Positions 1 through 5,872 of a stretch of 15,125 bases of DNA are shown here, one piece after another. Origin of the DNA: Candidatus Rifleibacteriota bacterium. GTDB lineage: Bacteria; Muiribacteriota; Ozemobacteria; Ozemobacterales; Ozemobacteraceae. The position numbers and the translations under genes were made by a program. The notes beneath the pieces are model-generated. The model saw nothing but the letters and a program-made list of their open reading frames with translations, was not told the DNA's origin and made no database searches. Where the stretch lies: the NCBI GenBank assembly GCA_051747585.1, contig JBNJGH010000081.1, positions 1 through 15,125 on the forward strand, in the 5' to 3' direction. Position 1 is the stretch's first letter, and every line of letters begins with the position of its first letter.

Positions 1-49
1 TTAATCCTTACTACCCTAAGCCGCAAAACCACAAACAAAACCTGTAAAC

Positions 50-106
50 TGTCATTGCGAGGAGTTCTGCGAAGCTTTATGCGAAGCAGAACGACGAAGC
101 AATCTC
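50..106. repeat. REP-like palindromic repeat (TGTCATTGCGAGGAG...CGACGAAGCAATCTC), long variant
   Basis: Outer arms are identical to the copy at 3538-3572. ATTGC/GCAAT stem with an inner GTTCTGC/GCAGAAC stem. Intergenic. Confidence 0.8.
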
Positions 107-115
107 AAATTTCCC

Positions 116-154
116 CGTCATTCCCGGTCGGTTTTAACCGGAGCGGGAATCCAG
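116..154. repeat. dRS3-like palindromic repeat (CGTCATTCCCG...CGGGAATCCAG)
   Basis: ATTCCCG (120-126) and CGGGAAT (144-150) are perfect inverted arms around an inner CGGTT/AACCG hairpin. Flanks resemble the ATTCCC-N8-GGGAAT dRS3 repeat of Neisseria, but the spacer is longer. Confidence 0.65.
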
Positions 155-211
155 AATAATCGTCGTTTTTTATCTCAAAAATGGAGGTTTGCAGGCGTAA
201 AATACCGAAAT

Positions 212-240
212 TTGAAGTAATTCGCTCTTCGTGGTAGAAT
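212..240 (+). promoter_or_regulatory. Putative sigma70 promoter of the KamA-family gene
   Basis: TTGAAG (212-217), 17-bp spacer, TAGAAT (235-240), with an extended -10 TG at 232-233. Lies 78 bp upstream of the start codon. Confidence 0.6.
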
Positions 241-318
241 ATTACTGTTAAATCAATAATTTTGAAGAATATTGCGCGATTTTTCACAATCTCGAAAATT
301 TTGTTATGAGGTAAAATC

Positions 319-2094
319 TTGAATAGTGACACAATAAACAAAGTATTTAGCAACCTACCTGTATTCAAAGAAGTTTTACTCGAATCTGAAAGCCCCGAAA
401 TTGCCCGGGAGCGGCTCCTAATTGAACTGAGAAAAATGGTCGAGGCCAATATAGATGATGTCCTCGACCTGGGTGGTCTTGAATATTCGGTCAGGTTAAG
501 TTGTGCCCGTGTTTTAAGGCAGTTTCTTGCCAAGCGGACAGTAAAAATTACAGGCTTTGACATGGTTAAGCTTTTGTGGGCCATGGTTCATGGCCATAAA
601 ATAGATGAGCCCGTTTCAGAAGCCTTTTTTGAAGACCTTTATCGAATTCTTTCCGGCCTGGCGGGAAAAGATGAAATATACAGCAAAGACGCAGAAGACG
701 ACGCCAGGGGAAGAGATGCAGCAATAAAAAGATCTGAAATGCTGAATAAAATTTGTAAAAATTCCGAAAAAGCAATTGCAAGTTTTGCCTGTGGTCTCGA
801 TGAAGATGTAGTTAAACAACATGAGTCTAATCGAGAACGGTTAATGAAATATTATAACTGCTCTGAAGAAGAATTTAATGACTATAAATGGCAACTGAAT
901 CACATCATAAGAAATGTTGAAACTCTCGAAGAGATCGCGGAGCTTTCTGACTCCGAAAAACGATCCATCAAAAAGGCTAAAAAGCAGGGTTTGCCATTTG
1001 GAATTACCCCATACTATGCTTCCTTATTCGACCCTGACTATAAAAAAGGCGCAGACCGCGCAATCAGAGCTCAAGTGTTGCCGCCCGAAAGCTATGTAAC
1101 CGCAATGGGCGACAATCAGGATGAACGCAAAGACAAATTTGATTTTATGCGTGAAGCAGATACCTCACCTGTTGATCTTATAACCAGACGCTACGCAAGA
1201 ATCGCCATCTTCAAGCCTTATAATACCTGTAGCCAGATTTGCGTCTATTGTCAACGTAACTGGGAGATTGACGATGCTTACGTTCCTGAGGCTCTGGCAT
1301 CAAAAGATAAAATCGACAAAGCAATCGAATGGATAGCGGCGAACCCATCTCTTACCGAAATTCTGGTCACAGGCGGAGATCCCTTGGTAATGCCTGATGA
1401 CGAAATTGAAAATATTTTAAGGCGTCTGTCTGAAATTAAAAGTCTCAGACGAATTAGAATTGGTACAAGAACTCCTGTCGTTTTGCCACAAAGATTTACC
1501 GACAAACTGGTGGAAATTATTTCCCGTTATCATGTACCCGGTCGCAGGGAAATTACTGTGGTAACTCATTTTGAGCACAGCCTCGAAATTACTCCCGAAG
1601 CTATGGAGGCGGTTCAAAAAATCAGAAAATGCGGAATGGGAGTTTATAATCAGGTGGTATACACGCTATTTAACAGTCGCCGGTTTGAACTGGCAGCATT
1701 GAGAAAATGGCTCAGACTCATCGGAGTAGAACCCTATTATTCGTTTAACGCCAAAGGCAAAAAAGAAACCGATGCTTACAGGGTTCCGCTTTCTCGACTG
1801 CAACAGGAAGCTAAAGAAGAAGCCCGCCTTCTGCCTGGAATGGAAAGAACCGATGAGCCGGTTTACAATGTGCCGGGGCTTGGCAAAAACTATTTAAGAG
1901 CCGAGCAGAACCATTTGCTGCTTACCATATTGCCCGATGGTCGAAGAGTTTATGAATTTCATCCATGGGAAAAATTTATCAGGCATGCAAAGTCATATAT
2001 TCACCACGATATTCCTGTTTATGACTATCTGCAAAAGCTCAAGCAGCTTGGCGAAGATCCTGAAGACTATAAGACTATTTACTATTATTTTTAA
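319..2094 (+). CDS. KamA-family radical SAM/PLP amino acid 2,3-aminomutase, long form (possibly glutamate 2,3-aminomutase)
   Basis: 591 aa. CSQICVYC radical SAM motif (C304/C308/C311), plus ITPYY, TGGDPL, IRIGTRTPVVLPQR, THFEH and PYY motifs and PGLGK with the PLP lysine. TTG start preceded by GAGGT (308-312). Confidence 0.92.
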   Translation: MNSDTINKVFSNLPVFKEVLLESESPEIARERLLIELRKMVEANIDDVLDLGGLEYSVRLSCARVLRQFLAKRTVKITGFDMVKLLWAMVHGHKIDEPVSEAFFEDLYRILSGLAGKDEIYSKDAEDDARGRDAAIKRSEMLNKICKNSEKAIASFACGLDEDVVKQHESNRERLMKYYNCSEEEFNDYKWQLNHIIRNVETLEEIAELSDSEKRSIKKAKKQGLPFGITPYYASLFDPDYKKGADRAIRAQVLPPESYVTAMGDNQDERKDKFDFMREADTSPVDLITRRYARIAIFKPYNTCSQICVYCQRNWEIDDAYVPEALASKDKIDKAIEWIAANPSLTEILVTGGDPLVMPDDEIENILRRLSEIKSLRRIRIGTRTPVVLPQRFTDKLVEIISRYHVPGRREITVVTHFEHSLEITPEAMEAVQKIRKCGMGVYNQVVYTLFNSRRFELAALRKWLRLIGVEPYYSFNAKGKKETDAYRVPLSRLQQEAKEEARLLPGMERTDEPVYNVPGLGKNYLRAEQNHLLLTILPDGRRVYEFHPWEKFIRHAKSYIHHDIPVYDYLQKLKQLGEDPEDYKTIYYYF

Positions 2095-2116
2095 ATATTC
2101 CGATTGCCTGAAATTT

Positions 2117-2125
2117 TGTTATAAT
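2117..2125 (+). promoter_or_regulatory. Putative extended -10 promoter of the alpha-amylase gene
   Basis: TGTTATAAT matches TGnTATAAT perfectly in the short intergenic gap. The -35 region is weak. Confidence 0.5.
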
Positions 2126-2157
2126 TAAATAATAACTTTTTGCTTGGAGTAATTAGT

Positions 2158-3459
2158 ATGTTGTTTTATTGCAAAAAATTCGGGCATTTTTTATGCCTTT
2201 TAATCATATTTGCCTCCCTCACTGGTCCAGGCTGGTCGGAGCCTTCTTCAGCGGTGTCCGGTTCGGTTATTATCCAGGGGTTCGGCTGGAACAGCCAGTC
2301 CAGGGGCGTGCCTTCCAGATGGTATAATCTTCTTGAACAGAGAGCTGACAGTTTGAAAAAGCTTGGGGTCGATATAATATGGCTCCCTCCGGCGGCAAGA
2401 TCAGTAAGCCCTCAGGGCTATCTTCCCGGCGACTATTATGATCTTGGTACAAAAGATAGTCCAACTTTTTATGGTGATATAGACCAGCTTAAAAAAGCTC
2501 TCAAAAAGCTTAACAGCAAAGGGATTGCGCCGGTTGCCGATATAGTTGTCAATCATCGTTGTGCCGGTGAGCAGGACAATAACGGAATCTGGAATGTTTA
2601 TCATTTCCCCTCCGGAAAAGCCCAATGGGAAAAATGGGCTGTTTGCCGCGGCGAATACGGTGGAACAGGAAACGCCGACAGCGGGCAAAACTATGCAGCG
2701 GCTCCTGATATAGATCATACCAACTCAACCTTGAGGCAGGACATTGCTGACTGGATGAACTGGCTTAAATCGCTTGGCTTCAAGGGCTGGCGTTATGATT
2801 TTTCCAAGGGCTATGCAGCAAAATATGCCGGTGCTTATGATAAAGCCACCAAACCCATAATTTCTGTGGGTGAGGTATGGACAAACATGGCTTTTCAAGG
2901 CTCTTATCTGCTTCCCGATCAAAATGCTCATCGCCAGATCCTTTGTGACTGGCTCGACAATAACGGTTCTTCTGTCTCTTGTGTGTTTGATTTTACTACC
3001 AAAGGCATACTTCAAGTTGCGGTAAACGGTGAATACTGGCGTCTTAAAGACGAACAGGGAAAACCTTCAGGTCTGATTGGCTGGTGGCCGGCAAGAGCAG
3101 TCACTTTTATCGATAATCACGATACGGGTTCGCAACAAAGTCATTGGCCATTTCCCGATGATAAAGTTATGCAGGGTTATGCCTATATTCTTACCCATCC
3201 CGGCATACCATGCGTTTTCTGGGAACATGTTTATGACTGGGATCTTTATAAAGAAATTCAAAAGCTCATCGCTGTTCGTAAAAGCTACGGAATTAAAAGC
3301 ACAAGCAGTATTGAAATTATAAAGGCACAAGATAATCTTTATGCTGCTGTAATCGATAAAAAGCTGGCAATAAAGCTTGGCGCTCGTGACTGGCAGCCGG
3401 GTTCTGATTTTAAAATTCTGGCATCGGGCGATAACTATTCTGTCTGGGGCCGCAAATAA
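2158..3459 (+). CDS. Secreted alpha-amylase, GH13 subfamily 6 (plant-type)
   Basis: GH13 conserved regions DIVVNH, GWRYDFSKG (nucleophile Asp), VGEVW (acid/base Glu) and FIDNHD. Also FDFTTKGIL, WPFP..KVMQGYAYILTHPG, a C-terminal beta-domain ending G.NYSVW, and a hydrophobic N-terminal signal. ATG 2158 follows GGAG (2146-2149) and is preferred over TTG 2140. Confidence 0.93.
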   Translation: MLFYCKKFGHFLCLLIIFASLTGPGWSEPSSAVSGSVIIQGFGWNSQSRGVPSRWYNLLEQRADSLKKLGVDIIWLPPAARSVSPQGYLPGDYYDLGTKDSPTFYGDIDQLKKALKKLNSKGIAPVADIVVNHRCAGEQDNNGIWNVYHFPSGKAQWEKWAVCRGEYGGTGNADSGQNYAAAPDIDHTNSTLRQDIADWMNWLKSLGFKGWRYDFSKGYAAKYAGAYDKATKPIISVGEVWTNMAFQGSYLLPDQNAHRQILCDWLDNNGSSVSCVFDFTTKGILQVAVNGEYWRLKDEQGKPSGLIGWWPARAVTFIDNHDTGSQQSHWPFPDDKVMQGYAYILTHPGIPCVFWEHVYDWDLYKEIQKLIAVRKSYGIKSTSSIEIIKAQDNLYAAVIDKKLAIKLGARDWQPGSDFKILASGDNYSVWGRK

Positions 3460-3537
3460 TTCATATATTTGGTCACTGACCTTATTGGTGGTTGAGCCAA
3501 GCGATGCGCTGAGCGGAGCACCAGATGGTTTACGGGG

Positions 3538-3572
3538 TGTCATTGCGAGGAGCATAGCGACGAAGCAATCTC
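3538..3572. repeat. REP-like palindromic repeat (TGTCATTGCGAGGAGCATAGCGACGAAGCAATCTC), short variant
   Basis: Second copy of the 50-106 repeat, lying between convergent genes. Confidence 0.8.
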
Positions 3573-3593
3573 TTCTTCTGTTGTAATTAATGT

Positions 3594-5213
3594 CTAGCTC
3601 TGAGGCAGCATCTGTCTGATAATTTCCAGACCGTTTTTTAAATTATTAGCCTTTATTTGCAGGGTTATGCCGAAAACATGGGCGACATTTATTAATAAAA
3701 CAATTCCCAGACATACTACCAGAGCAATTACAAGTCGTTTCATCGGGCTCTGTTTCTTGTCTTTTGGCGGAAACCAGCTGTTAAACTTCATTATGATTAT
3801 GGTCATCAGTGAGACTGCTACAAAAATCATAATCTGGAAGCGCTCATGGCGATTGACTATCGATTCTATCGGACCGGGAATTTCTTTGGCGGCTTCAGCC
3901 AGTTTCTGGGCAAGACTTAGTACCAGCGCCATTTCGTTTTGAATAAGTTGGGTAATTATAATTGCACCCAAAGCAAAAAACCAGGCAAAAAGACTCTCGG
4001 GTCTTGCTTTTTTTAAATTGCCTTCTTTGTCTATCTGGTTGCCATGCCAGGTAAGCCACAGACCCATAAGAGCCGGCAAAACCATCAATCTGCTATTTCC
4101 CCAGGCCATGGAGCTGACAAACCCCATTGACAGTGCCATCTTCTGTACACTGGTTCTTGCCTTTTCGTGCATGAGAAGTATTATTATCGCTATACCTAGA
4201 AATGCAAGTGAAAGCAGATGCTTGTTGCGGGTTTCAGATAAGAGCAGAGTGACCGCACCTATGAGAAGAAAAACTTCCATCAAAAAGAAATCTCTTTTAG
4301 GATCAGGTGGCTCAAAATCGAGTTTTTTGCGCAATTTACTTTGTTGAGATTCTTCTTCGCTGGGCGGTCGAATATCGAGAGCATTTATTCTTACCGAAGC
4401 GAAGCGTGAATGATTAACTTCCTCAAGCAACTCTGCAAGGTTGGAAGGTCTCAGGGTTTTAAGCAGATATACGGCTGAAGCCTGCAGGGCAATATTATTA
4501 CTGTGAACCATCTCTGCTATATGCTGCTCTGCCAGGTCTGCTTCATAAGCATAGATACTTTTGATTGCGTTCGCTCTGATGCGGTTGTCTGAGGAAGTGC
4601 AGAATTCGATCAATCTGCCTATATGGTCGCTGATTTTAAAATTGCCAAGACTTTCAATTGCATTGGCAACAATCCTTGGGTCTTCGTTTTCCAGGTATTT
4701 AACCAGAACTTCTGGGATTCGCTCGTCATCCAGCCTGCCAAGGGCTCGTAATAAGTAGGAGATTTTGTATTCATCGGTTTCCTCTTCAAGAAACTCGAGC
4801 AAAGGTTCTGCGATAGAGCTGTCGCGACTTTCAGTAAGACGGTCAATGGCCTCAAAAACTACATATCTGCTACCCAGCCGCATTTTATGAAGTAAAATTT
4901 GCTCAGCAGAAAGCGACTCACCTTCTTTAAGGCTTAGCGAAAGGCTTTTGACTGTCTGTTTCTCGGGTTCAACCTCGGGGTAGCAATCTAAAATATGATT
5001 GCGTGCCTTACGGGCAAAATAGCGGATTTGAGTGTCCGGATTCAGTATATTGTTTTTTACCAACGGAAATAGCTGTCGGCAAATTTCTAGAGTAAGAGAG
5101 TTCTGCTGACTCAAAAAGTCCAGGGCGATTATTTTATCACTATCTTCACCCTGCCTGAGAGACTGCTCAAGAAATTCAAGCCAGCTTGTCTGCGTTTGCA
5201 TGTTTTGATTCAT
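3594..5213 (-). CDS. HEAT-repeat domain membrane protein
   Basis: 539 aa. Repeated HEAT/PBS-lyase-like units (LENEDPRIVANAIESLG, SSDNRIRANAIKSI, NPDTQIRYFARKA) in the N-terminal ~300 aa, then about 6-7 hydrophobic segments. AGGAAAAGG upstream of the ATG. Confidence 0.8.
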   Translation of the reverse strand: MNQNMQTQTSWLEFLEQSLRQGEDSDKIIALDFLSQQNSLTLEICRQLFPLVKNNILNPDTQIRYFARKARNHILDCYPEVEPEKQTVKSLSLSLKEGESLSAEQILLHKMRLGSRYVVFEAIDRLTESRDSSIAEPLLEFLEEETDEYKISYLLRALGRLDDERIPEVLVKYLENEDPRIVANAIESLGNFKISDHIGRLIEFCTSSDNRIRANAIKSIYAYEADLAEQHIAEMVHSNNIALQASAVYLLKTLRPSNLAELLEEVNHSRFASVRINALDIRPPSEEESQQSKLRKKLDFEPPDPKRDFFLMEVFLLIGAVTLLLSETRNKHLLSLAFLGIAIIILLMHEKARTSVQKMALSMGFVSSMAWGNSRLMVLPALMGLWLTWHGNQIDKEGNLKKARPESLFAWFFALGAIIITQLIQNEMALVLSLAQKLAEAAKEIPGPIESIVNRHERFQIMIFVAVSLMTIIIMKFNSWFPPKDKKQSPMKRLVIALVVCLGIVLLINVAHVFGITLQIKANNLKNGLEIIRQMLPQS

Positions 5214-5240
5214 TCTGCCTTTTCCTGTTTGATCAGTGAA

Positions 5241-5269
5241 ATTATAACTTTTATCATCCCCAAAGGCAA
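5241..5269 (-). promoter_or_regulatory. Putative sigma70 promoter of the HEAT-repeat gene
   Basis: On the minus strand: TTGCCT (5269-5264), 17-bp spacer, TATAAT (5246-5241). Confidence 0.7.
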
Positions 5270-5286
5270 AACTTCCAATAAAAATT

Positions 5287-5655
5287 CAGCAATTCTCGGT
5301 AAGCGTTTATCAATTGGTTTCCGAAAAGAAAATTCCTCACACCAAGTCCCAAAGCCACAAAGAAAATAACCACAGAGCGCACAGAGAACACAGAGAATCG
5401 TTTTCAGCCATTGTTTCCTTCTTCAGCAAGCCTTCAGAAAAGCACTCGTGTTTTTCTGAAGACTTGCTGAAGAAGGAAAAGCCGGGCGGTGAAACCGCCG
5501 GCTATTTGTCCACAGGACAAATCCTGGCTGAAAAAGATTAAAAACTTAACTCCGTGCCCTCGGCGTCCTCAGTGGCTTAAATTCTTTATTTGCCCTAAAT
5601 AAATAAAACCAGAACTTTTTGTAACCAGCTAATAATGATTGACCGAGAATTCCTG
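5287..5655. repeat. ~365 bp highly structured dispersed repeat (MITE-like or structured ncRNA), copy 1
   Basis: Near-identical to 10266-10634. Imperfect terminal inverted repeats CAGCAATTCTCGGT.../...ACCGAGAATTCCTG, nested internal stems, no conserved ORF. Confidence 0.92.
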
Positions 5656-5785
5656 ATTAAAATTTTTAATTTTCGGTCAACAATTGTCAGTTCTTTAAAA
5701 CAAAGAAGATAATATTAAAAGAATTGAATGTCTTGAAACGGTTTCTACAAACAAATGGATAATTACCGGTTATGGCTTGTGTGCA

Positions 5786-5814
5786 TTCACAAGCTGGTTT
5801 ATCTATGTTAGAAT
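5786..5814 (+). promoter_or_regulatory. Putative sigma70 promoter of the C25 peptidase gene
   Basis: TTCACA (5786-5791), 17-bp spacer, TAGAAT (5809-5814), with an extended -10 TG at 5806-5807. Confidence 0.55.
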
Positions 5815-5872
5815 TAAAGATAAGTAAATAAAAAATGGCTCTTTTTAGCTTTAATAAGCAGAAAGGTGGACT

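Noticed and set aside
241..318. Lysine or SAM riboswitch in the KamA leader
   Set aside because: The leader is short and AT-rich, with only a weak inverted repeat and no aptamer motifs.
105..584. 159-aa minus-strand ORF and the other short ORFs overlapping the main genes (e.g. 3067-3555, 5687-6067, 11304-11747)
   Set aside because: Antisense or alternate-frame shadows of well-supported genes, with no recognisable motifs.
5337..5395. Short periodic repeats as a CRISPR array
   Set aside because: Units are 7 nt with 2-3 nt gaps, there are no spacers, and no cas genes are present. The PD-(D/E)XK domains nearby are fused to helicases and are not Cas4.
5401..5534. Cloverleaf core as a tRNA, tmRNA or SRP RNA
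   Set aside because: No T-loop (TTCRA), D-loop, 7-nt anticodon loop, CCA end or SRP domain IV motif, and the arm lengths do not fit.
5314..5541. 75-aa ORF inside repeat copy 1
   Set aside because: Copy 2 lacks the TTG start and has a 1-bp indel near 10377 that shifts the frame. The HRAHREHRE peptide is just the translated CACAGAG repeat.
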